A DNA stretch of 64,000 nucleotides from Octopus sinensis (GCF_006345805.1 NC_043026.1:6076001-6140000), one strand, 5' to 3'. Positions 35,901-45,458 are shown, counted from the first letter of the stretch. Notes: generated from the letters alone by a model not told the origin. Program-made: numbers and translations.

Positions 35901-36525
35901 GACGCTTTTACTCTTTTTTACTCTTTTCTGTGTTTCAGTCTTTTGACTGTGGCCATGCTGGGGCATCGCCTTTAGTCGAGCAAATCAACCCCAGGACTTA
36001 TTCTTTTTTGTAAGCCCAGTACTTATTCTATCAGTCTCTTATTGCCGAACCGCTAAGTGACGGGGACGTAAACACACCAGCATCGCTAGGGGGACAAACA
36101 CAGACACACAAACATATACACACACACACACCACACACACACACATACACCACACACACACCACACACACCACACACACACACCACACACCACACACACA
36201 CACTACACGCACACCACACACACACCACACACACACACACACCACACACGCACACACATACACCACATGCACCACACACACACACACACCAGGCCCTCCA
36301 TATTGATGAGCTATTGTTGTTCTTGTGCACTTGCAGAATCTCCAGCCAATACTGTTAATTGAAGAAGAGAACCTAACAAAGAACATCGCCCTGTACAACA
36401 CTTACCTCACCAAAGAAGCCGCTGTGCTGAAGAAGATGGGACTGAACAAAGACCAGGAGACACAAGAGAAGCAACAGCCGCAGCAGGAACCACCGGCAGA
36501 GGAAGCAGAAGCAACCACCAAATGA
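1..36525 (+). CDS. DNAI3: Dynein axonemal intermediate chain 3 (WD repeat-containing protein 63), multi-exon gene, 5' end outside window
   Basis: 23 exons joined with GT-AG borders and matching phases: <1-318, 2408-2552, 3538-3585, 5420-5631, 7138-7251, 9279-9446, 12441-12599, 13218-13375, 14253-14364, 15287-15365, 15968-16092, 19033-19203, 20637-20759, 22652-22725, 23755-23899, 25574-25655, 27037-27155, 28923-28986, 30200-30330, 31488-31692, 33181-33272, 34985-35101, 36337-36525 (sum 3150 nt, ends TGA). Motifs recognised from WDR63 orthologues: [106 protein letters not shown]. Confidence 0.93.
425..758 (-). mobile_element. SINE family E (GGCTCAGTGGTTAGAGC head, CORE-like box)
   Basis: tRNA-like head at about 700-758 on the minus strand; other copies about 6300-6500(-), 11410-11525(-), 18355-18615(+). 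Confidence 0.8.
941..1310 (+). mobile_element. SINE family D (AGTGGAGGCGCAATGGCC tRNA-like head)
   Basis: Copies at about 2770-3080, 14440-15110(-); tail segment amplified at 27245-27870(-). Confidence 0.8.
1613..1832. mobile_element. TTAA-flanked MITE (piggyBac-type ends CCCTTTAGCA/TGCTAAAGGG)
   Basis: TTAA at 1609-1612 and 1833-1836; family copies 17391-17599, 17705-17925, 17930-18851 (interrupted). Confidence 0.85.
2408..2552 (+). CDS. DNAI3: DNAI3 exon ([10 protein letters not shown]...GAKKKKKK)
   Basis: tgtcag| acceptor, AAG|gtttgt donor, phase 0 to 1. Confidence 0.7.
3538..3585 (+). CDS. DNAI3: DNAI3 exon ([15 protein letters not shown])
   Basis: ttcag| acceptor, AAG|gtaag donor, phase 1 to 1. 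Confidence 0.75.
4149..4280 (+). pseudogene. Partial duplicate of DNAI3 exon 9279-9446 with its acceptor
   Basis: Aligns to 9221-9349 (acceptor tract plus [21 protein letters not shown]); no donor, wrong phase. Confidence 0.9.
5420..5631 (+). CDS. DNAI3: DNAI3 exon (HRSMSL...[19 protein letters not shown])
   Basis: Polypyrimidine+cag acceptor, gtaagt donor; conserved N-terminal WDR63 motif. Confidence 0.9.
7138..7251 (+). CDS. DNAI3: DNAI3 exon ([21 protein letters not shown]...)
   Basis: 114 nt, phase 0-0; matches the WDR63 ELLLVYD..KYG.NF motif. Confidence 0.88.
8060..8965. repeat. Tandem direct duplication, ~452-bp unit with breakpoints in SINE B
   Basis: Unique spacer CACGTCTACTCTC... 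at 8215 and 8667. Confidence 0.9.
9279..9446 (+). CDS. DNAI3: DNAI3 exon (IPKETN...[11 protein letters not shown]...)
   Basis: 168 nt, cag/gtaagt borders, WISLGSE motif. Confidence 0.9.
10258..10490 (+). mobile_element. SINE family C (GGCGAGCTGGCAGAA head; GGTCGACTTTGCCTTTCATCC central domain)
   Basis: Dispersed copies about 20835-21200, 32280-32515, 38237-38660 (tandem), 40570-40720, 45910-46150. The central domain resembles Nin/Deu-type SINE cores (inference). Confidence 0.8.
10653..10922. repeat. Near-perfect 270-bp palindrome
   Basis: Centre a10787 (CCTCTTATC-A-GATAAGAGG); two substitutions and one homopolymer-length difference between arms. Confidence 0.95.
10984..11715 (-). mobile_element. 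Degenerate IS630-Tc1-mariner transposase fragment with one terminal repeat, interrupted by a SINE
   Basis: Minus-strand peptides [39 protein letters not shown]...W...[14 protein letters not shown] with frameshifts; end TA-CAGGGTG at 10982-10990. Confidence 0.85.
12441..12599 (+). CDS. DNAI3: DNAI3 exon ([13 protein letters not shown]...ELDRAVQ)
   Basis: 159 nt, cag/gtaagc borders. Confidence 0.88.
13218..13375 (+). CDS. DNAI3: DNAI3 exon ([14 protein letters not shown]...TQYVPREF)
   Basis: cag/gtgagt borders, phase 0 to 2; SQT.W..P....TQY.PREF motif. Confidence 0.9.
14253..14364 (+). CDS. DNAI3: DNAI3 exon ([18 protein letters not shown]...)
   Basis: tag/gtatgg borders, phase 2 to 0. Confidence 0.92.
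15287..15365 (+). CDS. DNAI3: DNAI3 exon ([14 protein letters not shown]...WHPTIR)
   Basis: cag/gtaag borders, phase 0 to 1. Confidence 0.92.
15395..15880. repeat. (CAT/CAC)n trinucleotide tract; similar tracts at 12620-12735, 25180-25530 (GAT), 32577-33072 (GAT/GAC)
   Basis: Direct inspection. Confidence 0.95.
15968..16092 (+). CDS. DNAI3: DNAI3 exon (GVIAISMAE...[10 protein letters not shown])
   Basis: cag/gtcaga borders, phase 1 to 0. Confidence 0.93.
19033..19203 (+). CDS. DNAI3: DNAI3 exon ([36 protein letters not shown]...)
   Basis: WD40 repeat; cag/gtcagt borders. Confidence 0.93.
20637..20759 (+). CDS. DNAI3: DNAI3 exon (PGFED...SSIEHSH...[12 protein letters not shown])
   Basis: aag acceptor, gtaagt donor, 123 nt. 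Confidence 0.9.
21205..21715 (+). mobile_element. Penelope-like retroelement relic (GIY-YIG endonuclease region)
   Basis: [10 protein letters not shown]...[23 protein letters not shown]...SGIADHVW...WDEVEII...RKLKEA with stops and frameshifts. Confidence 0.88.
22130..22203 (+). pseudogene. tRNA-Asn-derived pseudogene (anticodon now reads GTC)
   Basis: 74 nt matching the eukaryotic tRNA-Asn(GTT) pattern GTCTCTGTGGCGCAATCGG...GGTGGTTC...GACG, with mismatches in the acceptor, anticodon and T stems. Confidence 0.85.
22220..22630 (+). mobile_element. SINE family A, full-length example (tRNA head, CORE-like box, internal microsatellite, CAGTCAAATGACTG tail); more than 30 copies or fragments in window
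   Basis: A/B-box head GGAGTGGCTGTGTGGTAAG...GGTTCAGTCC; CCTTGGGCAAGTGTCTT resembles the MIR CORE. Other copies about 4778-5200, 6675-7065(-), 13465-13870, 16108-16745(-), 24653-25080, 31833-32245, 39215-39620(-), 49211-49600, 57885-58290(-), 58527-59020. Confidence 0.9.
22652..22725 (+). CDS. DNAI3: DNAI3 exon ([24 protein letters not shown])
   Basis: cag/gtgagt borders, phase 0 to 2. Confidence 0.9.
23755..23899 (+). CDS. DNAI3: DNAI3 exon (QVYFWDIR...[17 protein letters not shown])
   Basis: cag/gtacat borders, phase 2 to 0. Confidence 0.92.
25574..25655 (+). CDS. DNAI3: DNAI3 exon (VQVTKPD...[12 protein letters not shown])
   Basis: cag/gtaagt borders, phase 0 to 1. Confidence 0.85.
25859..26234. 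mobile_element. TA-flanked fold-back element with ~143-bp inverted arms and a hammerhead-like motif in the spacer
   Basis: GAATGGTTGTATACTG...CAGTATACAACCATTC arms; TA on both sides. Confidence 0.8.
26017..26062 (+). ncRNA. Type I hammerhead ribozyme motif with U4C core change
   Basis: TCTAGG-CCGATGA-AGGA-caatga-TCCT-GAAA-CACGGTG-TC-CCTAGA: stems I and II pair, GUC cleavage triplet. Confidence 0.6.
26490..26970. repeat. (TATG)n microsatellite; others (TTTTA)n 5200-5390, (TA)n 5785-6090, (CA)n 36115-36290
   Basis: Direct inspection. Confidence 0.95.
27037..27155 (+). CDS. DNAI3: DNAI3 exon (KKSDEEI...NTNFYVGTE)
   Basis: ggcag| acceptor chosen because it gives phase 1; GAG|gtgac donor; F.VGTE motif. 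Confidence 0.85.
28383..28428 (-). ncRNA. Minimal type I hammerhead ribozyme motif (Penelope pLTR type), intact core
   Basis: Minus strand GACAC-CTGATGA-AGGCTG-gagggtttat-CAGCC-GAAA-CGT-T-GTGTT: stem I GACAC/GTGTT, stem II GGCTG/CAGCC, palindromic stem III ACGT. Activity untested. Confidence 0.7.
28923..28986 (+). CDS. DNAI3: DNAI3 exon ([21 protein letters not shown])
   Basis: tag/gtgagt borders, phase 0 to 1. Confidence 0.88.
29583..30144. mobile_element. Two tandem TTAA-flanked MITEs of a second family (29583-29779, 29932-30144) within a ~350-bp local duplication
   Basis: CCCTTT(C/T)GTTACC...G(T)A(T/G)CGAAAG(A/G)G ends, each between TTAA sites; upstream flanks also repeated. Confidence 0.75.
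30200..30330 (+). CDS. DNAI3: DNAI3 exon (EKPKF...HTGPV...[14 protein letters not shown])
   Basis: cag/gtaagt borders, phase 1 to 0. Confidence 0.92.
30355..31400. repeat. CAC-rich higher-order minisatellite (~75-81 bp unit)
   Basis: Recurring CACAAGCATCACCACTGCCGCTACTACCACCATCACCTCC blocks. Confidence 0.9.
31488..31692 (+). CDS. DNAI3: DNAI3 exon (LGPLY...[10 protein letters not shown]...[10 protein letters not shown]...)
   Basis: tag/gtaagt borders, phase 0 to 1. Confidence 0.93.
33181..33272 (+). CDS. DNAI3: DNAI3 exon ([20 protein letters not shown]...)
   Basis: cag/gtgagt borders, phase 1 to 0. Confidence 0.92.
33385..34122 (+). mobile_element. SINE-like family B with (GAT)n tail and internally repeated 63-68 bp subunit; about 15 copies
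   Basis: Shared TGGCACGTAAAAAGCACC and GGCGTTAGGAAGGGCATCCAGC blocks and ...GGACGTTAAAC(GAT)n end. Others about 2025-2370(-), 7500-8215, 19480-19800(-), 20080-20490, 28439-28697(-), 44390-44760(-), 47280-47580, 57420-57880, 62120-62400. Confidence 0.85.
34420..34785. repeat. 12-bp minisatellite (CACACCCAATGC)n
   Basis: About 30 degenerate units. Confidence 0.9.
34985..35101 (+). CDS. DNAI3: DNAI3 exon ([18 protein letters not shown]...)
   Basis: cag/gtaagt borders; matches the WDR63 ..YFEREVK.L.Y motif. Confidence 0.9.
35149..35768. mobile_element. 620-bp non-autonomous piggyBac-type element
   Basis: TTAA-CCCCTTACCC ... GGGTAAGGGG-TTAA (10-bp TIR, TTAA TSD). Confidence 0.8.
36337..36525 (+). 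CDS. DNAI3: DNAI3 terminal coding exon (NLQPILL...MGLNKDQE...TTK*)
   Basis: tgcag| acceptor, TGA stop at 36523-36525; candidate AATAAA near 36886. Confidence 0.85.
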   Translation, partial: NLQPILLIEEENLTKNIALYNTYLTKEAAVLKKMGLNKDQETQEKQQPQQEPPAEEAEATTK

Positions 36526-36840
36526 AAACTGAGAAATGGTAGCTCTTACTTCTCAACATGGATTCAGAAAGCCATGTCTGTCTGTCTGTCTGCCCATCCA
36601 TCTGTCAATCTATTTATCTCTTAATCTGTCTGCAAAAAGTAGGAAAACACAAATTTTACATATAGTTCATACTTTGTGCTCTACAGCTGTTTCGTTAAGA
36701 TAAACATCGCCCCAAATTTATATGGGTGTGTGAATGTGTATGTGGTTGTATGTGTGTGTGTGTGTGTGTGCACATGTTTGTGTATGTGCATGTGTGTGTG
36801 TGTACATAAAACATTTTCATCAGTTGACATAATATTACAG

Positions 36841-36885
<45 letters not shown>

Positions 36886-37194
36886 AATAAATAAATGTAA
36901 ATATATATATATATTTGAAAAGAAACACATGAGTTGATATATATATATATGGAAAAAAAATCTAGGTAGAAAATGCTAAAATAATTTTATAAAAAACATT
37001 TCAGTACCAGTTTTGGTCATTTCAACTGTATGGAAAACAATTAAATTTGGGAAAAATTAAAACAAAATTTTTTTTAAAAGTATATTTGCATAGTATTCAA
37101 ATACAAGGGGCATTTTCCTTCTTTCTGCCTATCTCTGTCTCTCTTGTTTACTCTTGTAGGTTCGAGGTCGTTGTGAATTCTTGTATATATATAT

Positions 37195-37557
37195 ATGCTA
37201 GAACGGGACGACACTGCATAGTGCCAAAGATCCCAGCAATGCCATCATGCCTCAGGACCAGCTTCTGCAACAGCCTGGGTTTCAAGGGCCCACAGCTTTT
37301 TAATATTCTCCCAAAGAGTCTGAGGAACTTGCACAAAGTAGATGTAGCGGTTTTTAAATCAAAGATGGACATCTTCCTGTCGAGTGTCCCAGATGAACCT
37401 ACCTCACGGCAAGAGGTGCAAATGAGAGTAGCTGTATCAAACTCCATTCTTCACCAAGTGCCACATATTAGACAAGGTTCTTCACAATAACAGTAGAGCA
37501 CAAAATGGCAGTGCATCAGCATGGCCGCAGCTCCGAGCTGAAACTAGAAAAAAAAAA
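37195..37557 (+). mobile_element. 3' end of a non-LTR retrotransposon (CR1/L2/Jockey-group-like ORF2 C-terminus, 3' UTR, A tail)
   Basis: GRHCIVPK...NSLGFKGPQLFNILPKSLRNL...FKSKMDIFLSSVPDEP...SNSI then stop, short UTR, A-run at 37548-37557. Clade is inferred. Confidence 0.8.
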
Positions 37558-37611
37558 TATATATATATATATAACTATATATATATATATAACTATATAT
37601 ATATATATAAC

Positions 37612-37662
<51 letters not shown>

Positions 37663-40600
37663 CTAAATTCTTTCTTATACTTAATGTAATTAAAAGAAAC
37701 ACAGAGCATCTCAAAATAAACAGAGCAACGAAAGAGTTAATCCTTTATCTGTGGAATTTAATTTCCTGGTTATTCCAGTAATGATGCTAAACATATTCCA
37801 AAACAGACACAATTGGTATTTTCTGCAAGTCTTGCTGCTTCAGTAAACTTCATATATCTCAACTAAAGATAGATTGATATACAAAACTACTTCCAAAAGT
37901 TAAATAGAACAAACATTGAGAGCATATATGCGATATTTGCTGTAAAAGTTTTAAGGAATAGCCTCCTCATTGAATTTGAATTCAAGTGGTTGAATATTCC
38001 ACAGAAACATTCACTGTTATTGTAATTCCCAGGGAGAATCAGGGGCCTACTATGTGTGAAGTTAAGCATTTGAATTACAGTATAGTGGGTGGAGAGAGAG
38101 AGAGAAAGAGGTTGAGATTGAGACATGCAGGGACAGAGATAGAGGTTAGAAGCACATAGGGGAGAGAGAAAGTGAGTGTGGAATAAAGGAAGGAGCAAAT
38201 GTTTAGAGCATGTATAAGAAGGTATTAAGAATTTAAGGCGGCGAGCTGGCAGAAACGTTAGCACACCGGGCGAAATGCTTAGTGGTATTTCGTCTGCCGT
38301 TACATTCTGAGTTCAAATTCCGCCGGTGTCGACTTTGCCTTTCATCCTTTTGGGGTCGATTAAATAAGTACCAGTTACGCACTGGGGTCGATGTAATCGA
38401 CTTAATTCGTTTGTCTGTCCTTATTTGTCCTCTCTGTGTTTAGCCCCTTGTGGGTAGTAAAGAAATAGGTATTTCTTCTGCCTTTACATTCTGAGTTCAA
38501 ATTCTGCCGAGGTCGACTTTGCCTTTCATCCTTTCGGGGTAGATAAATTAATTACCAGTTATGCACTGGGGTCGATGTAATCGACTTAATTCGTTTGTCT
38601 GTCCTTGTTTGTCCTCTCTGTGTTTAGCCCCTTGTGGGTAGTAAAGAAATAGGTATTGAGAATGGTAGCAGATATATGCGTGTGTGCATGTGTGTGTGTG
38701 TGTGTGCAAAAGAGGGGATGTGTGCCAGAGAGAAAGAGAGAGAGAGAGAGAGAAAAAGTCTTTGCTTCTGTGTATCTTCACAATGACACTGTTTGTACAA
38801 CGGTGATGTTTAGTTACATCCCTGCTAAAGATTACCTCCTGTACGCGGATATTATTCTGCGGTGGGGGGGGGGAGGTTGCATCAGTTTCAATTTGTAAAC
38901 AGTGGAATGTAAAGCATCCTGATTGGTTTCTGCATGGATTTCTAGCATCAGTTTTATCCACAAAACTCGGGCGGATGCAACAAGATGCCATTTAGTACGA
39001 TTGTAAGCAAACATCTTAACTGTTCAGCCATATAGTGGCTGTTCAGCGCAGGAGTGGCTGTGTGGTAAGTAGCTTGCTTACCAACCACATGGTTCCAGGT
39101 TAAGTCCCACTGCATGGCATCTTGGGCAAGTGTCTTCTACGACAGCCTCGGGCTGACCAATGACTTGTGAGTAGATTTGGTCGACGGAAACTGAAAGAAG
39201 CCTGTCGTATATATTACTCTTTTACTCTTTTACTTGTTTCAGTCATTTGACTGCGGCCATGCTGGAGCACCACCTTTTAATCGAGCAAATCAACCCCGGG
39301 ACTTATTCTTTTATAAGCCCAGTACTTATTCTATCGGTCTCTTTTGCCGATCCACTAAGTAACGGGGACATAAACACACCAGCATCGGTTGTCAAGCAAT
39401 GCTAGGGAGACAAACACAGACACACAAACACGCATATATATATATATACATATATACGACAGGCTTCTTTCAGTTTCCGTCTACCAAATCCACTCACAAG
39501 GCTTTGGTCGGCCCGAGGCTAAAGTAGAAGACACTTGCCCAAGGTGCCATGCAGTGGGACTGAACCCGGAACCATGTGGTTGGTAAACAAGCTACTTACC
39601 ACACAGCCACTCCTGCACCTATATATGTATATATATGTGTATGTATGTGCGTATATATGTCTGTGTGTCTGTGTTTTTCCCCTAGCATTGCTTGACAACC
39701 GATGCTGGTGTGTTTACGTCCCCGTTACTTAGCGGTTCGGCAAAAGAGACCGATAGGATAAGTACTGGGCTTACAGAGAATAAGTCCTGGGGTCGATTTG
39801 TTCGACTAAAGGCGGTGCTCCAGCATGGCCGCCGTCAAATGACTGAAGCAAGTAAAAGTAAAGTAAAAGTAAGTAATACCTACGTGCCTGTATATGAATG
39901 TGTACATTTGTGGATATACATAGACAAATAGGTAGACAGACAGAGAAATATCTAATTACATAATTGTTATACATAAATTAAATGAAGTTAAATCCAATCA
40001 AGTGTCACTGTTATATGATAATACATTTGTTAGTGTTTATCTTAATGAAACAGCTGTTGAGTACCATTAAAATATGAGCTATTTGTAAGAAAAGCAAAAA
40101 TTGCCTGTGTATATATGCAGAAAAGCATATGAATGTGTGTATATATATGTGTGTGTGTGTGTGTGTGAAATTTATATGTTTTTGCATGCAGAAAAGCATA
40201 TGAATGTATATATGTATATATGTGTGTGTGTATGTATACACATACATAATTGTATACACACACACACACACATATATATGTATACATACACCAATACATA
40301 ATGGTGCCATAAATGTTTTTGTTCAGGTGTGTATATAAACACACTTTATTATGTTTCTTTTTAAACAATTTTTGTTTTTATAATGTTATTTTTGTTTCAA
40401 ACAATAAAATTTTGCACCAAATTCCAGTTGTTGTTTTATAATATTTTTTAAATGCTTGTTTTTTGTTGTCATCCTCATCATTGTCCTTGTGACATCCAGT
40501 TTTTCCATGCCGGCATGGGTTGTTGATCAACACTAATCAAGATATTATTCTATGGCTGAGTCCACCGCTACGTTCTGAGTTCAAATTTTGCCACGGTCGA

Positions 40601-40759
40601 CTTTTCCTTTCGTCCTTCCAGAGTCAATAAATTGAATACCAGTGAAACACTGGGGTCAATATAATTCGCTAACTTTCTTCCCCACGAAATTTCAGGCCTT
40701 GTACCTATAATAGAAATGATTATTATTATTATTATTATTGTTATTGTTATTATTCAAAC

Positions 40760-41125
40760 CTGGATTAGGCGTAGACTGATGAGGGTTGCTTGGCATCTTG
40801 AGTGCCATCAAATGCTCACAGCTCTCCGCCAGGTGGGCAATGCTGTCATTGGTAGTTCCCCTCTAGCGTTCTATAGAGGGCTAGTGGAGGAAAAGTGTGA
40901 TGACATTCTTGGGGAAACTCTGAGCAATGATGAAGATTGACAAAAAATTTTCTGGCCCGGGCCTATGCATAACTTCCAGAAATCCCTTGACGCAGTGCTA
41001 CCAAGGAGCACTGCCTGTTTGAGATAAACTTTACAGGTATGGAAGTACCCTCAGCCGGGCCTGCCTGAGGAGTGCCCAGAACAATGAAACTGTTCTGCAT
41101 GCCCTAGTCCAGTTCCTAGGACAAT
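40760..41125 (+). mobile_element. L1/Tx1-type LINE relic (zf-RVT region)
   Basis: QCYQGALPV*DKLYRYG....ACLRSAQNNETVLHALVQ matches the LP..DKL.R.G...C..C...ET..H.L..C pattern; interrupted by stops and frameshifts. Confidence 0.7.
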
Positions 41126-42429
41126 AGTGTAAAATTATTACTATCACATGCTTGATGAATGTGTGTTTTGTTTAAACACTGACGTTTCACATAAAGGCAT
41201 ATAATGTTATAAAACACAGTATTCTTCAGAGCTAAGAAAAGCGAAATCGTTCCAGAATGGAAGACAAGAGGGGCTGATTTCGTTGTACTTCGAGGCCCCG
41301 CACTTGCCTCACCTCCGCAAACGAAGTCTAAAGTATATATAAACTAGCAGCTGTGGGACAACGTCAGCAGCTGGGGAGCTGACCGGAACTTGGGGCTGAC
41401 CGGAAGGGGCAGCCATCACGCGCGCGCAGTGAGCGGGGTATCCTGCCTTTTCGAGTCAGGTCGTCGAGGGGTTAAGGTTGGGTGAAGCAACTGCTATCTC
41501 TAGCGTTCGGGTCGGGGCTGTGTCGAAGGATCCGTTACCACTGAAGGGTCTCCATCAGGGCGAAGAGAAGGTAGGTGCCTTTATTTCGAATCTCTTGCAC
41601 ACACCAGAGCAGCTAAGCCCGGTTTCACCCGGTTTCTGTTTGGATGATGTGACCCTGATCGTTTCCGGTTAGGCCTAATCTATAACAGCGTTTCTCAACC
41701 TTATCATTTTGGGTCCCCTGTTTCGATTGGGCCTCCAGCTGTATGAGAATTTCCTGACCCCCACTGCCCCTTGTCAGAAAACAGCTTCAAGAGTTGTGAA
41801 GAATGAATTTGTACGTAGTCTGTTTCTGAGAGCTATTCTATAGGACCTTTGTCTAATCATTAAAACATTGATTTAATTCCAATCTATGCACCCGTCTCCA
41901 CATGTGTGCCATTTTTCATGCGAATCCACCCAGTCGTTTGGCTGTGAACCTCAAGACAAGAAAGAATACAACGATCGCCCCCATGTCCAATTTATATTAT
42001 AAACTAGCAGTATCGCCCGGCGTTGCTCGGGTTTGTAAGGGAAATAACTATATAAGCATTATTAGAGAGTTATAGCCAAAAAGTAGCAAAAAAATACATT
42101 AAAAATGGGAAAAAATTTGATGGTAAATTTTATTAAAAATCGTTGACTCATCGTAGACATTTTTAGAGAGTTACTTCCCTTATATAATAGCGAAAAAATG
42201 CATTAAAATGGAAAAAAATGATGTTAAATTATTTTTAAAATCGTAGACTCATCGTTGACGCGCGCTAATACCCAGACGGGCTCGATATGAATCACGACTA
42301 TAAGATACCCGGTTTTGGTTAAACTGCACCGCAAAATGTGGGAGTAGTTAGGAATCTAAATCGGAGGAGACAGACACACAACCTTACTTTTATATTATAA
42401 ATAATGTAAAAACTGTTGGCTGATTTGCA

Positions 42430-42888
42430 ATCGCGTCGTACAAAGATAAAATAAATTCAAATCGTGCGTTGGAAGCCAGCTCAACAAACCGACGAGAGTG
42501 ACACCGACTGGCGGAACTTCCACAACGGTGATACGGCAACTGGAAGTCACCGGTTTATGCCACTCCCCCTCCTACCTCGTCTGCAGTCTCACCAAGAAAC
42601 TGACACGTTGCTCTCTCTATCTCCCTCCTCCTCCTAGTTTTCCACTCCCTCTTCCTCGCTATCTCTCCTTCTTCTTCCCTATAGTTCCTCTACTCCTTCT
42701 TCCTCTCTCTCTTTCTTCCCCTCCCTCGAGTTTCCTACTCCTTCCTTCTCTCTCTTTCACTTTCACTCCCCTTCAGTCCTTCTTGGCGAATCTTCCCAGA
42801 AAGAGAAAGCCACGATTCACATCAAGACTCAACTCTTGCTAATTGCTAATTATAATTAATTAATTAATTAATTAACTAACAGGTAAGT
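42430..42888 (+). promoter_or_regulatory. Candidate OST4 promoter and non-coding first exon
   Basis: CpG-enriched patch with GGAA motifs (gcggaacttcc, tggaagtcac) and a perfect ACAG|GTAAGT donor at 42882/42883. The link to OST4 is inferred. Confidence 0.45.
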
Positions 42889-43024
42889 AAGCACCACGAT
42901 ATTACTCTTTTGCTGTTTGAGTGTGACATTATGAAGATCTGGCGCTTGCACGCCTCCTTCATTATATACACACATATATACATACATTCATGTATGTATG
43001 ATACCATGATCATGTATGTATATA

Positions 43025-43157
<133 letters not shown>

Positions 43158-43807
43158 AGTCTATTGGCCCAGTTAGGGGTACCTGTTGTTTTGAAATCCG
43201 TCTTCGTAGGCAATTATTTCATTGCCTACCTTCCCTATGGATCTCTCACCAGTTCCCCCAGAATCTGGGACTTATGAGAGATCTATGGGAAACGTAATAT
43301 TATTCCCTAATATTATTATATATATATATACGTATTTGCGTCTGTGTTTGTCTCCTCACCCCCACCGATGTTAGTGTGTTTACGTCCCCGTAACTTAGCG
43401 GTTGGGCAAAAAAGTCCCTTGAAATAAGTACTAGGTTTACAAAGAATAAGTCCCGGGGTCGATTTGTTCGAAACTAAAGGCGGTACTCCAGCATGACCGG
43501 AGCCAAATGACTGAAACCAGGCAAATAATATATATACATACACACACACACGTATATATATATACTCACAACTACCTCGAACACACAAGTGCAAACAAGG
43601 GAGTCAGAGAAAGGCAGAATGCCACTTAAATCTGAACACTACTATAGAAATATTCTTTTAAAAAAACTTTTCTTCTAATTTTTCTAAATTTAATTATTTA
43701 ATCGTTACAGTTGAAAAGGTCTCAAAATGACCGAAACCGGTACTGAAATGTTCACTATAAAATTATTTTAGCATTTTCTATTTTTTACTTGTTTTTTCAT
43801 ATATATA

Positions 43808-43900
<93 letters not shown>

Positions 43901-44047
43901 TACGTGTATGCATGTTGTAACATAGTCAGACATAAGATTGGTTTTGGTCAGTTTCGAGGTCCACGTAGAATGAACAACTGATATAAACGGGATCTTGTGT
44001 TTACCATATTCTTCATTCGTCCGGACGTAAACACACACACACACATA

Positions 44048-44079
<32 letters not shown>

Positions 44080-44762
44080 GGGAGGAAGGTAGGTAATATC
44101 CTAAGTCAGAATTTTAAAACAGTCAACAGAGTTGAAGGCTATTATTATTATTATTAATATAGTCTACCGATATAGTTGGGGTTACTTCATGATTCGAAAT
44201 CCCTACATGTAAACAATTACTTAACCCCTTATGTTTCCCATAGATCTCTCATGAGTCCCAGATTCTAGGGGAACTGTTGAGAGATCCATAGGGAACGTAG
44301 GCAATTAAATAATTGTCTATTTCTAGCATAAGGGTGTCCACATAGTGGTTTCCCTCTAACATGTATATATATATATATATCATCATCCATCATCATCATC
44401 ATCATTTAACGTCCGCTTTCCATGCTAGCATGGGTTGGACGGTTCAACTGGGGTCTGAGGAGCCCGAAAGCTGCACCAGTCCAGTCAGATCTGGCAGTGT
44501 TTCTACAGCTGGATGCCCTTCCTAACGCCAACCACTCCGAGAGTGTAGTGGGTGATTTTATGTGCCACCGACACAGGTGCCAGACGAGGCTGGCAAACGG
44601 CCACGCTCGGATGGTGTTTTTTATGTGCCACCGACACAGGTGCCAGACGAGGCTGGCAGACGGCCACGCTCGGATGGTGTTTTTATGTGCCACCGACACA
44701 GGTGCCAGATGAGGCTGGCAAAACGGCCACGATCGGATGGTGCTTGTTACGTGCCCACAGCA

Positions 44763-44799
<37 letters not shown>

Positions 44800-45458
44800 T
44801 ATATCATGATTACCATCATTTGAAGTCCGTTTTCTATGCTTGCGTGGGTTGGACGGTTTTACTGGCGTCTGGGATGCTAGGAGGCTGCACCAGGCCCCAA
44901 TCTGATCTGGCAGTGTTTCTACAGCTGGATGCCTTTTCTAACGCCAACCACTCAGTGTAGTCGGTGCTTTTTACGTGCCACTGGCACAAGGGGCCACAGA
45001 ATCTGGCATCGACCACGATCGGGTGACACACACACGATGGGCTTCTTTCAGTTTCCATCTACCAAATCCACTCACAAGAAGCTTTGGTTGGTCCGAGGCT
45101 ATAGCAGAAGACATTTGCCCAAGGTACCACGCTGTGGGACTGAACCCGGAACCATGTGGTTGGGAAGCAAGCTTTTTACTACACAGCCACTCCTGTACAG
45201 ATGTATATACACTTTTGTGCATACTCTCTCTTTTTACTTTTTTACTTGTTTCAGTCATTTGACTGCAGCCATGCTGGAGCACCGCCTTTTAGTCGAGCAA
45301 ATCTACCCCGGGACTTATTCTTTGTAAGCCCAGTAATTATTCTATCAGTCTCTTTTGCCGAACCGCTAAGTAACGGGGAGGTAAACACACCAGCATCGGT
45401 TGTCAAGCAATGCTAGGGGGACAAACACAGACACACAAACATACATGCACATACTCAT

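Noticed and set aside
41533-41688. Possible solo LTR on the minus strand (TGTTA...AATAAA...TAAC)
   Set aside because: No terminal CA, TSD or clear PBS, and the apparent TG start overlaps a hAT-like end.
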